64,000 bases of DNA, from positions 181,565 to 245,564 of the forward strand of contig JBALDB010000053.1 in the NCBI GenBank assembly GCA_036918135.1. Reading direction: 5' to 3'. Source of the DNA: Nostoc sp. (GTDB lineage: Bacteria; Cyanobacteriota; Cyanobacteriia; Cyanobacteriales; Nostocaceae). This document shows, piece by piece, positions 42,075-52,358 of this stretch. The position numbers and the translations under genes were made by a program. The stretch's first letter is position 1. Every line of letters begins with the position of its first letter. Under the pieces are notes generated by a model, which was not told the DNA's origin, ran no database searches, and worked only from the letters and a program-made list of their open reading frames with translations.

Positions 42075-42890
42075 TTATTTTTGAGCGCGAACAAAGAACT
42101 TTGTAGTGTCTTCCCAAATACCTTGAGCGGTTGCTAGTTTTTCAATTTCTGCTTTGTACTCAACTTGCAACTGATTTAATTGTTCTTGTGATAATTTTGA
42201 TAATAAAGGATTACCTTTAAAATTTATATTAATTACTGTCTTAGATAATCTGTTATCCCTAAGAGGGCGATAACGTCCTGATGGTTCTATCTTAATTTTG
42301 ATATCTCTAAAACCTGCTTGATTGAGCAAATTTCGACATTTTTCTGGAGTTCCAAGTGGTTCAAGGATATATGGTAGCGATACGCCCAAAACTCTAGCAC
42401 AGATTCTCTGCTGAAGAGATGCCGTATAAGCAGTTTCGGGAGGACAGGTAAATGCTACAAACCCTCCTGTTTTCAAAATGCGATACCACTTTTGCAAAGC
42501 AGCAAGGATGTCAGGAAAAAGTACAATTGCCTCACAGCAAAAGACAATATCAAAACTACTATCATTAAAGTTGAAATATTCGGCATCTGCCTCAATCAAC
42601 TCGATGTTTTGTAATTTTGCTGCTGCAATCTTTTGTCTTGCTTGATGCAACATTCCAGGGGTCATGTCAATTCCAATTACATAGCCCTGTGAACCAACTT
42701 TTTGGGCTGCAGGTATTGCAACTAAACCTGTTCCAGTTGCCACATCAAGGATTTTCTGTCCCGAATGTAATGGAACAAATTCAAGTAAAAGCTTGGCTTC
42801 TAGAGGATGGCGAGTGCCTTCCTCATAGTCATAAGTCGTTCTACTACCATAAAATTCTTTTAGTTGCTGCTTATAACTATCCAAAGTCAT
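42075..42890 (-). CDS. Class I SAM-dependent methyltransferase (UbiE-like)
   Basis: ILDVATGTG, GIDMTPGML, ADAE, LKTGG. Confidence 0.85.
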   Translation of the reverse strand: MTLDSYKQQLKEFYGSRTTYDYEEGTRHPLEAKLLLEFVPLHSGQKILDVATGTGLVAIPAAQKVGSQGYVIGIDMTPGMLHQARQKIAAAKLQNIELIEADAEYFNFNDSSFDIVFCCEAIVLFPDILAALQKWYRILKTGGFVAFTCPPETAYTASLQQRICARVLGVSLPYILEPLGTPEKCRNLLNQAGFRDIKIKIEPSGRYRPLRDNRLSKTVININFKGNPLLSKLSQEQLNQLQVEYKAEIEKLATAQGIWEDTTKFFVRAQK

Positions 42891-42896
42891 AACCAA

Positions 42897-43643
42897 ATGT
42901 CAAATTTTCTACACTCTATAGTAACTCTTGTTGTGATATTGAGTTGCTTGCTGCTGAACCCAAGTTTGACAGCACAAGCTGCATCTTCATCCACCACAGT
43001 TTACGAACACCATATTATCCATAGTCCAGATGGTATCGGCAAATATTACATGGGGCGAGAAATTGCCAAAGTCATGGGATACACTGGCGCTGGCTGGCTA
43101 GAACGTCCAAGCCGAGAAGCACAGGAACAACCAAGTAAAATAGTCAGCGTCCTTAACCTCAAACCTAACGATGTGGTAGCAGATATTGGTGCTGGTACAG
43201 GTTACTTAAGCTTTCGCATCGCACCGCTATTAACAACAGGTAAAGTGTTGGCTGTAGATGTTCAGCCAGAAATGTTCGAGATTATCGAATTGTTCAAACA
43301 CGAAAAAAATATTACCAATGTTGAGCCTGTTTTAGCAACACTCACTGACCCAAACTTACCAGACGAAAGTATTGATTTTGCATTGATGGTAGATGCTTAT
43401 CATGAACTTGAGTATCCACAAGAAGTGATGCAAAAAATTGTCAAAGCACTCAAACCCGGAGGTAAAGTGGTACTAGTTGAGTATCGGGGTGAAAATCCTT
43501 TTATTGCAATTAAACGTCTGCATAAAATGACTCAAAAACAAGTCCGAAAAGAAATGCAAGCTGTTGGTTTAGTTTGGCGTGAAACTAAAAATTTATTACC
43601 TCGACAGCATTTAATAGTATTTGAAAAACCCAATTTACACTAA
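42897..43643 (+). CDS. Exported class I SAM-dependent methyltransferase
   Basis: Signal peptide, YMGREIAKVMG, VADIGAGTGY, VDAYHEL. Confidence 0.85.
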   Translation: MSNFLHSIVTLVVILSCLLLNPSLTAQAASSSTTVYEHHIIHSPDGIGKYYMGREIAKVMGYTGAGWLERPSREAQEQPSKIVSVLNLKPNDVVADIGAGTGYLSFRIAPLLTTGKVLAVDVQPEMFEIIELFKHEKNITNVEPVLATLTDPNLPDESIDFALMVDAYHELEYPQEVMQKIVKALKPGGKVVLVEYRGENPFIAIKRLHKMTQKQVRKEMQAVGLVWRETKNLLPRQHLIVFEKPNLH

Positions 43644-43700
43644 TTCGTAATTAAGATAGCAAGCCATAATAAAGTAAGACTAATTACAGAGCAGAAAATC

Positions 43701-44378
43701 ATGGTCAAGTTAGGACTCAAGCAGCAAATTCCTTTTTTAGAAAATGGCGATCGCCTGACTCGCTACGAGTTTGAGCGACGCTATCAAGCAATGCCCCGCA
43801 ATCAAAAGGCAGAATTAATTGAAGGAGTTGTATACTTGGCATCCCCATTACGTTTTGAAAGTCATGCTGAACCACATGGTCATACAATCACTTGGTTGGG
43901 AGTTTATCAAGCATCAACTCCAGGCGTGAGATTGGGAATTGAGCCAACAGTCCGCTTAGATGCAAATAATGAACCGCAACCAGATGGGGTGCTATTAATC
44001 GCACCAACAGCTAAAGGACAATCTCGTTTCAGTGATGATTATATAGAAGGTGCGCCAGAACTTGTAGTAGAAATAGCAGCTAGCAGCGTTGCTATTGACT
44101 TACATGATAAGAAAAAAGCCTATTGTCGGAATGGGGTAAAAGAATATATTATTTGGCAAATATTTGAAAACAAATTAGATTGGTTTGGTCTACAACAAGA
44201 AGAGTATGTGTCTTTAGAAGTGGATGCAGATGGAGTTATTAAAAGTCAAATATTTCCTGGTTTGTGGTTGTCAATGTCAAATTTACTTGCTGGCAACATG
44301 CAGCAAGTCTTGGCTGTATTGCAGTCAGGGTTAAATTCATCAGAACATCAACTATTCGTACAACAGTTGTCTGGTTAA
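43701..44378 (+). CDS. Uma2-family (DUF820) protein
   Basis: LENGDRL, AELIEG, EPQPD, GAPELVVEIA. Confidence 0.88.
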   Translation: MVKLGLKQQIPFLENGDRLTRYEFERRYQAMPRNQKAELIEGVVYLASPLRFESHAEPHGHTITWLGVYQASTPGVRLGIEPTVRLDANNEPQPDGVLLIAPTAKGQSRFSDDYIEGAPELVVEIAASSVAIDLHDKKKAYCRNGVKEYIIWQIFENKLDWFGLQQEEYVSLEVDADGVIKSQIFPGLWLSMSNLLAGNMQQVLAVLQSGLNSSEHQLFVQQLSG

Positions 44379-44446
44379 AAATTGAGAAATCAGAATTCAA
44401 GAGTCAGAATAGTTAAATAATTAGCAAAATTCATGATTTATTAGGA

Positions 44447-44743
44447 TTATTCTATATTTTTGGGAATGAGAGTAGCACTTTTTGTTGTACTATCCCAAAC
44501 TATCCAGCTAATAGAATTATCTAAATCTTCAGCGCTGTTTGAAACTTTAAAATAGAGTTTTTCTGCACCTTTAGTTTCAATAGCAAAGTCGGCATTTTGG
44601 GCGTAAACAACTTTAAAGCCTTTATCTCGCAGACAATACATTGCCCAAGCTTTTAATGATTGCTTGTATGGTTCGTGTGGAATTGGTGGTTTGGTAATTG
44701 TGTCTTCAATTACTTTAAATATTTGCATGAGTTTCCCGCTCAT
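44447..44743 (-). CDS. Conserved hypothetical protein
   Basis: PPIPHEPYKQSLKAWAMYCLRDKGF. Follows the VOC gene; start is 44743 or 44728. Confidence 0.7.
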   Translation of the reverse strand: MSGKLMQIFKVIEDTITKPPIPHEPYKQSLKAWAMYCLRDKGFKVVYAQNADFAIETKGAEKLYFKVSNSAEDLDNSISWIVWDSTTKSATLIPKNIE

Positions 44744-44771
44744 AAGAAATACTTTTGCTATTATCCCTAAG

Positions 44772-45239
44772 TTAACTAGCTTCTGGATCGCAACGAATTT
44801 CAATCATAAAGCCATCTGGGTCGTAGAAGTACACACCTCTACCAGTAGGACGAGTGACTGGGCCATGAGCGATCGCTATTTTATTTTCTCTGATTACTGT
44901 CACTGCGCGATCGAATAACTGGGGTTCGATATCAAAAGCCAGATGGTATGCTCTGGTGAAAGTCTTTTCTGGATTCGGATCTGGTGGTGATAATTCTGGT
45001 TCCCCAAACAAATCCAAAATTGTACCATCTGGAGTGACGAAATTAGCTACTTTCCCAGATGCAACAAGTTCTACCAGAGTTGCAGGTACTTCTTCCCCTG
45101 TAAGTTCATGCAAACCCAGGATAGTCCCATAAAAATGTCGGGAAGCTTGCATATTTTTAACGTTGAGCGCGATATGATGCACTTTACGCAAATTCCCCGG
45201 AGCAAGGACGGTGTTCGCAGATTGGGTGCTAGATAGCAT
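44772..45239 (-). CDS. VOC/glyoxalase family protein
   Basis: VHHIALNV, FYGTILGL, HLAF, YFYDPDGFMIEI. Confidence 0.88.
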   Translation of the reverse strand: MLSSTQSANTVLAPGNLRKVHHIALNVKNMQASRHFYGTILGLHELTGEEVPATLVELVASGKVANFVTPDGTILDLFGEPELSPPDPNPEKTFTRAYHLAFDIEPQLFDRAVTVIRENKIAIAHGPVTRPTGRGVYFYDPDGFMIEIRCDPEAS

Positions 45240-45390
45240 AAGCAAATCAAAAGAGTGAAACAAAGTGTTAATTACGAATTTACATACATCAGCTGTGCAA
45301 ATGCAATGTCTAACAGCTTTAATAAAATTTCTCTACAGAGATAGAAGTCGAACTTTTTTCTGAAAGTTTACTATTTAATAAAAATCTATC

Positions 45391-45846
45391 ATGCCTTTTG
45401 ATTATTCTTTAGACTTTCAAAATATTGATTTTCGCCAACATCCCGAACTCTATCGCGTTGGTAAGGGCGAGCAAGGTGTACTTTTAGTGGAACCCTACAA
45501 ATCAGAAATTCTTCCTCATTGGCGGTTCAAAACTCCCGAAATTGCTAAAGAGTCGAGCGAAAAAATCTACGAAATGTTTCTTGCTTATCTCGAACAGGAT
45601 GATTTTGTCGGAGCGGATATGGCACGAAAATTTATCCAAATGGGTTATACTCGCTCTCGTCGTTATGCGAATCATAAAAGCGGCAGAAAATATAAAAAGG
45701 ATTCGCCAAAAGAAATTTTACCCTATGAAGTAGACCCGATAAAAGCAGAATCAGCAGCTATTTTTAAAATTAAATGGATGCAAGCAAAAACAAATGACAA
45801 ATATCTTCAGCTTTTAGCTAGACATAAGCAAAAGTATGAAGTTTAG
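45391..45846 (+). CDS. DUF4385 family protein
   Basis: YRVGKGEQGVLLVEPYKSEILPHWRFKT, ADMARKFIQMGYTRSRRYANH. Confidence 0.85.
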   Translation: MPFDYSLDFQNIDFRQHPELYRVGKGEQGVLLVEPYKSEILPHWRFKTPEIAKESSEKIYEMFLAYLEQDDFVGADMARKFIQMGYTRSRRYANHKSGRKYKKDSPKEILPYEVDPIKAESAAIFKIKWMQAKTNDKYLQLLARHKQKYEV

Positions 45847-46126
45847 CAATCTTAAATGAGAAAGTGAGAATTATTTTGGTCGTTTTTTGTGATTAGTTTT
45901 TGGTCATTTGTAATTATGAAGGACTAATGACTAATGATAGCTAAGAGAATAATACACATACAGTTCATTTAGGATTGCTATAGGCTATTGTGATTAGTGA
46001 ATCCTGACTTTTGAATTCACCAATTCTGCTGTATTTATTTTTGCAAGAGCTTTATTAATGCAAGAAAATTGTCAAATCAACTCAAAAGCAGGATAATTTC
46101 ACCAAGTCCCCGTATCCTCTTCAACA

Positions 46127-47473
46127 ATGGTAGCAAATAAACCATTTAAGAAAGTAAAAAAATCTCTTCAGGAAGCTGGAATCAAGTTTGTCCGTGTCCT
46201 TTGGTGTGACAATGCCAACATCATTCGTGGTAAAGCTGTTCGTGTAGAAATGTTATCCCACTACTTTGACTATGGTATAAGCATTTCTGCGGGACAACAG
46301 GGAATACCTGTAATGTATGATGCTGTAATTCCCGAAACTGGTCTAACTCCTGTAGGCGAAATCCGCTTAATACCAGATTGGTATAGCTTCACTCCTTTAC
46401 CCTACGCTCAGGGTCATGCTCGTGTCATGGGAAACATGGTACTTAATGGCAGTCCTTGGGCATTGTGTCCGCGTAATTTCTTAAGCCGAATGATTGAGGC
46501 AGCTAAACGCGAGGGTTTGGAAATTTGCGCTGCATTTGAAAATGAATTTTATTTGTTACGGCAATCACAGGGAGTTATACCCGCAGATTCTACAGTTTTT
46601 GCTTCTACCCAAGGAATGGATAGAAATCGAGAAGTAATCGATGAGATTGCTGAAGCATTGATTGCTCAAGGAATTCCTGTAGAGCAATATTATCCAGAAT
46701 CCGGCCCTGGTCAACAGGAAATCTCCATGCGATATACTGATGCTTTACGAGCAGCAGACTGGCAGATTATCTTTAGAGAAACCGTCAGAGCGATCGCTTA
46801 TCAACACAACCTTACAGCCTCTTTCTTACCGAAGATTTTTGCCGATGCCGCTGGTAGCGGTTGCCACATCCATCTTAGCCTTTGGCGTAACGGACAAAAT
46901 CTCTTACCAGACCCCCAAGGTATCTGTGGTGTTTCCCAGATAGGTAAAGCATTTATCGCCGGTATACTAGACCATCTGCCTGCACTGATGGCGTTAACTA
47001 CTCCTAGTACTAATTCTTACCGCCGCATTCGTCCTCATAGCTGGAGTGGTAGCTTTCGTTGTTGGGGATTAGATAACCGTGAAGCCGCCGTCAGAGTACC
47101 AAGCAATCCTGCATTCAATGGTTCTACTCATTTTGAGTTAAAAACCGTTGATGCATCAGCTAATCCTTACCTCGCTTTAGGTGCAGTGATTGCAGCCGGA
47201 CTCGACGGTGTGCGACGAAGTCTCAAACCTGCGAATCCTGTTGCACAAGACCCCGGACACCTACCAATTGAAGAACGTAATACTAATGGAATTGACCTTT
47301 TACCACAAAGCCTGGGAGAAGCTTTAGACCATTTGAAACAAAATAATATTCTGTTAAATGCTTTAAATTCCCAGTTATCACTAGCTTTTTTAGCAGTGCG
47401 TCAAGCTGAGTGGGAAGCAATGAAAGATTGGGAATTGGAAGCAGAAGTCAAGCTTTTATTAGAGAAATACTAA
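46127..47473 (+). CDS. Glutamine synthetase-like gamma-glutamyl ligase (FluG C-terminal-like)
   Basis: ENEFY, ESGPGQQE, GSGCHIHLSL, DNREAAVRVP, ELKTVDASANPY. Confidence 0.85.
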   Translation: MVANKPFKKVKKSLQEAGIKFVRVLWCDNANIIRGKAVRVEMLSHYFDYGISISAGQQGIPVMYDAVIPETGLTPVGEIRLIPDWYSFTPLPYAQGHARVMGNMVLNGSPWALCPRNFLSRMIEAAKREGLEICAAFENEFYLLRQSQGVIPADSTVFASTQGMDRNREVIDEIAEALIAQGIPVEQYYPESGPGQQEISMRYTDALRAADWQIIFRETVRAIAYQHNLTASFLPKIFADAAGSGCHIHLSLWRNGQNLLPDPQGICGVSQIGKAFIAGILDHLPALMALTTPSTNSYRRIRPHSWSGSFRCWGLDNREAAVRVPSNPAFNGSTHFELKTVDASANPYLALGAVIAAGLDGVRRSLKPANPVAQDPGHLPIEERNTNGIDLLPQSLGEALDHLKQNNILLNALNSQLSLAFLAVRQAEWEAMKDWELEAEVKLLLEKY

Positions 47474-47559
47474 GGAAGGAAAGAAGAGTTAATTTCACAA
47501 GTCATGCTGTAATTGTCTGAAACGGCAAAACGAGTCTGTTTAACTAAATGTTCAATAAA

Positions 47560-47685
47560 TTGTTAATGCATTGGCTTGCACTATTAATGCATCGGCTTGC
47601 ATTGTTAATGTATCGGCTTACATTGTTAATGCATTGGCTTGCATTGTTAATACATCGGCTTGCACAGTTAATGCATCAGCTTGCT
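47560..47685. repeat. 21-bp tandem repeat, six copies
   Basis: ttgttaatgcat(t/c)ggcttgca consensus, six adjacent units. Confidence 0.92.
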
Positions 47686-47800
47686 AAAATTAACTTCCGC
47701 TTTCTCCTTACCCTAAAACCTCATCCCAATTTAAAACACAGAGGTGTCCACTAGGCTAGAGTAAGATTCTTTGTATTTCATTTCAAAAAAAACCTCTGTA

Positions 47801-47961
47801 TTATAGCCGTCCGTAGTCACACCCTTTAGGACATAATGACAAGCGTGAAAGCTAGGAGTAGTAATAGTTTTACCTCCTGCCTCCTGCCTCCTGCCCTCTG
47901 CCCCCTGCCTCCAGCCTCCAGCCTCCAGCCCCCTGCCCCCTGCCCCCTGCCTCCTACTATA
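47801..47961 (+). mobile_element. MITE-like dispersed repeat, copy 2, with expanded cctcctg STRR
   Basis: Similar to 8721-8814. Ends are tatag...ctata. Confidence 0.6.
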
Positions 47962-47964
47962 CCA

Positions 47965-49086
47965 ATGAATCTTGCTGACATTCCTCTAATTGACCAACAC
48001 GCGCACAATCTGTTACGACTGGAAGTAGCTGACCGTTATCCTTATGCTGCTGCCTTTACCGAGGGCTATGATTCAGAGATTATTAATTATCATGCTCGTC
48101 ACACTTTCTTTTATCGCCGCAGCCTGCGAGAGATTGCTACTTTATTAGGATGTGAAGCGCAGGAAGCAGCTATTTTGGCACGTCGCCAAAGCTTAGGGCT
48201 AGAAAATTTAACACAATTATATTTTAAGGCTGCCAACTTGCAAGCAATTTTCTTGGATGATGGATTGCAGCCAGAAAATATTTTGCCGCTATCATGGCAT
48301 GAAAGATTTATTTCGGTGCAAAGAATTTTGCGTTTGGAAGTATTAGCAGAACAGCTGATTCCTCAGATAGAAGATTTTGAGACTTTCCTAGAAACATTCA
48401 ACAGTCAACTTGACCCGCCGCCAAATGGGGTTGTAGCTTTTAAAAGCATTGTTTGTTACCGTACTGGTTTAGATATCCAACCTGTTGCTGTGGATGTGGC
48501 TGCTACTAACTTTTATCACCTCAAACAACAACTGCAAAATCAACCGTTGCGTCTTATAAACAAACCGCTAATTGATTTTCTTTTACAACAAGCGTTATTA
48601 ATTGCGGCTAAATATCGGCTACCAGTACAATTGCATACTGGTTATGGCGACCCGGATTTAGATTTGCGATTGGCGAATCCTTTGCATTTGCGATCGCTCT
48701 TAGAATCACCCCAATATCGCAATGCACCCATTGTACTGCTACACGCTTCCTATCCTTATATGCGAGAAGCTGGATATCTCGCTTCTGTTTATCCTCAAAT
48801 CTATTTAGATTTTGGTTTAGCAGTACCATTTTTAAGTGTATCTGGAATGCGGCAGACAATACAACAATTATTAGAATTAACTCCTACCAGTAAATTGATG
48901 TATTCTTCTGATGCACACTCAATTCCAGAGTTGTATTATTTGGCAGCAAAATGGGGGCGTCAAGTGTTGGCAGAAGTGCTAGAACAAGCAATTGAGGATT
49001 CAGATATTACTGCAATTGAAGCAGAGGCGATCGCATTTGCAATTTTACGCGAAAATGCCGTGGCTTTGTATCAGCGAGCAATTTAG
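47965..49086 (+). CDS. Amidohydrolase (FluG N-terminal / nodulin-6-like)
   Basis: IDQHAH, FKSIVCYRTGL, QLHTGYGD, LLHASYP, YSSDAH. ATG at 47965; the upstream extension is STRR. Confidence 0.87.
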   Translation: MNLADIPLIDQHAHNLLRLEVADRYPYAAAFTEGYDSEIINYHARHTFFYRRSLREIATLLGCEAQEAAILARRQSLGLENLTQLYFKAANLQAIFLDDGLQPENILPLSWHERFISVQRILRLEVLAEQLIPQIEDFETFLETFNSQLDPPPNGVVAFKSIVCYRTGLDIQPVAVDVAATNFYHLKQQLQNQPLRLINKPLIDFLLQQALLIAAKYRLPVQLHTGYGDPDLDLRLANPLHLRSLLESPQYRNAPIVLLHASYPYMREAGYLASVYPQIYLDFGLAVPFLSVSGMRQTIQQLLELTPTSKLMYSSDAHSIPELYYLAAKWGRQVLAEVLEQAIEDSDITAIEAEAIAFAILRENAVALYQRAI

Positions 49087-49234
49087 TAAATAAATATTCA
49101 TCAATGCTCAACTAATGGTAAAAGTTTAGTTCTACCGATTACAAAAATAATTGTAATCGATAGCCAAAAGTAATTACTACTAATTGTTTCTTAATGAGGC
49201 ACACTCGCATTCACAATTCCAAATGGTATTCTTT

Positions 49235-49585
49235 TCAGAATTGATTGCTATTGCCTAATGATGACAGTTGTAATTCGACTGCACTAAGGTAATATTCATC
49301 ATTTCTAACTTCTGCTGGTAATTTATTAGCCTTAATGCCAGCCTCAACTACATCTTTTGCAGTCACCTTTCCTATTTGATATTGATACAGCAAATTGCCC
49401 ATACTGGGAATACCTTGTCCTTTCAAATAACCTTGATAAGCTATAAAGACAATATTGAAAGGTTGGAGATAACTACCATTATTGTTATTATTAGCAGTTT
49501 TCGCACCAGCAATTCCAGGTAGAAAAGCAACAGAAGCAATAGAAACAATGATAAGCGCAGAATTTATTAAAGTTTTAAGTTTCAT
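49235..49585 (-). CDS. Secreted hypothetical protein
   Basis: Signal peptide, AYQGYLKGQGIPS motif, RBS gagga. Confidence 0.75.
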   Translation of the reverse strand: MKLKTLINSALIIVSIASVAFLPGIAGAKTANNNNNGSYLQPFNIVFIAYQGYLKGQGIPSMGNLLYQYQIGKVTAKDVVEAGIKANKLPAEVRNDEYYLSAVELQLSSLGNSNQF

Positions 49586-50870
49586 AATTTATCCTCATTA
49601 ACAAGTTTTTTATATATACTGAAACAGTTTAAATTACAAAGAAAAAATCATGATGAACACTCTTTGCTAAGTATTTATGAAAAAACTACGCAAAACAGAG
49701 AAGATATTCGTAAATACTTTAAAATTGCACTAGGTCAATTAAAATCTTCAAAATTGCCAAACCCCATCATGTAATATGCAATTAAAGCAGTATCAAAAGT
49801 TTTCAGCGAATCTATCTTTTTAGAAGAACTAGGTAAATTTTCAAAATTAACAACTGTCTTGAGCGGTATATTACTATTGTTCTTATTAACTTTGAACAAC
49901 TTACTGATTTTTATCATCCTTTTACTCAAATAACTATTATTTTCAATTCAATATCGTGATAATTTAATTTATTAAATTATACTTTTAAAGTATTTAATTG
50001 TAATTAAAAGCTCAAGTATAGCTTTTTTAGTGAATTAAATTTCTTTAGTAATATGCTAGATAATTCTAAAATTAGAAGCAAATATTTTTAGTTGTTAAAT
50101 CAATAAATAAAAATAATGATAGTTAAGAGACTATTTATAAAGTAAATCTTCAGGTAGGGTGTGGGTTTGCGATCGCGTACCACTATTTACATGGTGCTTG
50201 ATAGCGCTTTCATCATCTTTTTCGTGACAAATCATCTAAAAATATGCGCCTAACACACCTTACAGTAATTTTATTTTTACTTGATAAATAACCTCTAATA
50301 CTGGTATCGAACAGTTGAGGATAAACCCTGCTACCTATTAATTTTAACTGAAGTTAAATCTGTTATATGTTATTATCAACTGGTTAAAATCTGCTAAAAG
50401 TATTATTAATGGAGCAACTTATAAAATTACAATTACTCAAATTAGGATTTGTTAAATCAATTCTATAACAAAAGTTAGAGGGTTAATTTTTGAGAGGAAT
50501 AATGATAAGTAGTTATACTCTCTATAGAGCCTCAATATATAAAACACCTAGCATCTATTGGCTTAATAGGATTCTTGTCTACTGCATCTGTACTACTGGT
50601 TGAGTTAAGCGCTTATCTCCAAAATCACACTCTAAATACGGGTTTCGATCTAATATCTTCTTTTGCACCCATATCACTTACACGTATCTATTAATTATTT
50701 TATTTTTTTGTAGTCGCTTATACAAGTTCTGATAATTTTATATCTACACCCTCAGTAAGACGTATCTACATTAACAAATCGTTAATTTAACTAATAAATC
50801 TTTAAAGAGTGCTGTACCTCAGTCTTTACCACTTTAAAGATTTATTTTTGTTGAACTTGGAAGAGTAATT

Positions 50871-51323
50871 ATGACGCAATATACTCAATCAGCACCACCA
50901 GAATATGCTGAGCTTTTTAGAAACTTGTCCATAGATAACCAACTTGCTCTCCTTTGGTATCTCTATGTCAAAATGGGTAGTTCAACCAGACCTGGCAATC
51001 CCGAAGGAACAGCACCCGATACTTCTGAGGAACTTTTTAATCAAGTTAAAGAAAAGTCTCATGAAGAACAACTTCAAATTATGCGAGATTTGTTAACACC
51101 TTCTAGCACAGATATTAGGCGGGAATATGACTCGTTGAGCAACAATACTAAACTGGCTTTTTGGTATCGATTGGCTCAAGGCATGGAAAATTCCACGATT
51201 GTTCCAGTACCATCTGACTATCAACTTTCTGCTCAAGCAAAAGAGTTGTTGTCTATGCTTGAGGCAGTTGACTTTGAAGTACAATACGTTTTTCTCCGTG
51301 ATGCATTGCTAGCAGGATACTAA
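50871..51323 (+). CDS. Helical carotenoid protein (OCP N-terminal-domain homolog)
   Basis: LSIDNQLALLWYLY..MG, EEQLQIMRDL, LSNNTKLAFWYRLAQGM, VPVPSDYQLS. No NTF2-like domain. Confidence 0.88.
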   Translation: MTQYTQSAPPEYAELFRNLSIDNQLALLWYLYVKMGSSTRPGNPEGTAPDTSEELFNQVKEKSHEEQLQIMRDLLTPSSTDIRREYDSLSNNTKLAFWYRLAQGMENSTIVPVPSDYQLSAQAKELLSMLEAVDFEVQYVFLRDALLAGY

Positions 51324-51377
51324 GATACTAAGAGGACAAATTTACTGCCTGCAACAATGTTGTAGACTTCTAGTGTC

Positions 51378-51447
51378 AGGTACGTTAGTTTTGTCGTAAC
51401 GCATATTGCTGATTACTTTGATGCGTTATAGAATCCCTAACGTACCT
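51378..51447. repeat. REPIN-like long imperfect inverted repeat
   Basis: aggtacgttag..taacgcat...atgcgtta..ctaacgtacct between convergent genes. Confidence 0.7.
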
Positions 51448-51525
51448 ACTAGCGCGACCGGACTAAATTTGTCCATGCTGTATGTTCTAGTTTTTTGGTT
51501 AATTCTAAATTGTTTTCCTAAAACA

Positions 51526-52188
51526 TTATTTCTTTAACGCCAGAGTCAAGCCATCTGCGATCGCAATTACACTCAGATTAACTCGCTGGTCTTGATGCAA
51601 CTTCTGATTAAAAGCACGAATTCTTTTAGTTCTATTATCTTGCACTTGCGGGTCAGCAACTCTGCCCGACCACAGGACATTATCGATCGCAATTAGCCCC
51701 CCCGATCGCACTAATTGCAGCGATCGCTCATAATAGGCATCATAGTTACTTTTATCTGCATCGATAAAAGCAAAATCAAAAGTTTCTGCTTCTCCTGTTG
51801 CCAGTAGCCAATCTAAAGTCTGCAAAGCCGGGGCAATGTGCAGTTGAATTTTATTTGCTACTCCTGCTTGCTGCCAATAGCGTCGAGCGATCGCTGTAAA
51901 TTCCTCACTAATATCACAGGCTACCACCTTCCCGTCACTCGGTAACGCCAATGCCACCACCAGGGAACTATAACCTGTAAATACTCCAATTTCCAGAGTT
52001 TTCTTAGCTCCTAGCAACTGTATCAGTAATGCGAGAAACTGCCCTTGTTCGGGAGCAATCTGCATTCTACCTACTGGATGCAGGGCTGTTTCTTGCCTCA
52101 GTTGAGTTAAAATTTCTGGTTCGCGTAGAGAAATTGACAGTAAATAATCAGATAAATTTTGTTCGAGTCCTAGTGTTTGAGTTGTCAT
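51526..52188 (-). CDS. Caffeoyl-CoA-type O-methyltransferase
   Basis: MQIAPEQGQ, LEIGVFTGYS, FIDADKSNY, DNVLWSG. Confidence 0.9.
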   Translation of the reverse strand: MTTQTLGLEQNLSDYLLSISLREPEILTQLRQETALHPVGRMQIAPEQGQFLALLIQLLGAKKTLEIGVFTGYSSLVVALALPSDGKVVACDISEEFTAIARRYWQQAGVANKIQLHIAPALQTLDWLLATGEAETFDFAFIDADKSNYDAYYERSLQLVRSGGLIAIDNVLWSGRVADPQVQDNRTKRIRAFNQKLHQDQRVNLSVIAIADGLTLALKK

Positions 52189-52243
52189 GAAATTAAGGCA
52201 TAATATCATGTCCGGTTGAATACTTATGATATCTGTGAGGGTC

Positions 52244-52338
52244 AGTAATGGGTAATCGGTAATCGGTAATCGGTAATGGGGAAAGAAGAAATTCCAATTA
52301 CCTATTACCTATTAGCAATTCCCAATTACCAATTACCA
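52244..52338. repeat. Inverted STRR arrays (taatcgg/taatggg versus ccaatta)
   Basis: Directly visible between divergent genes. Confidence 0.75.
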
Positions 52339-52358
52339 AAATGAGGATATTTTAGATT

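Noticed and set aside
46127..47473. Housekeeping glnA (GSI)
   Set aside because: It lacks the canonical FDGSS motif of GSI and is paired with an amidohydrolase, so it is GS-like.
47560..47685. Possible CRISPR array
   Set aside because: The units are contiguous with no unique spacers, and there are no cas genes.
47826..48008. ORF 47826-48008 and the Pro/Cys-rich extension of the amidohydrolase
   Set aside because: Both derive from the cctcctg STRR tract.
49735..49929. 64-aa ORF in an AT-rich spacer
   Set aside because: Low-complexity AT-rich translation with no motif.
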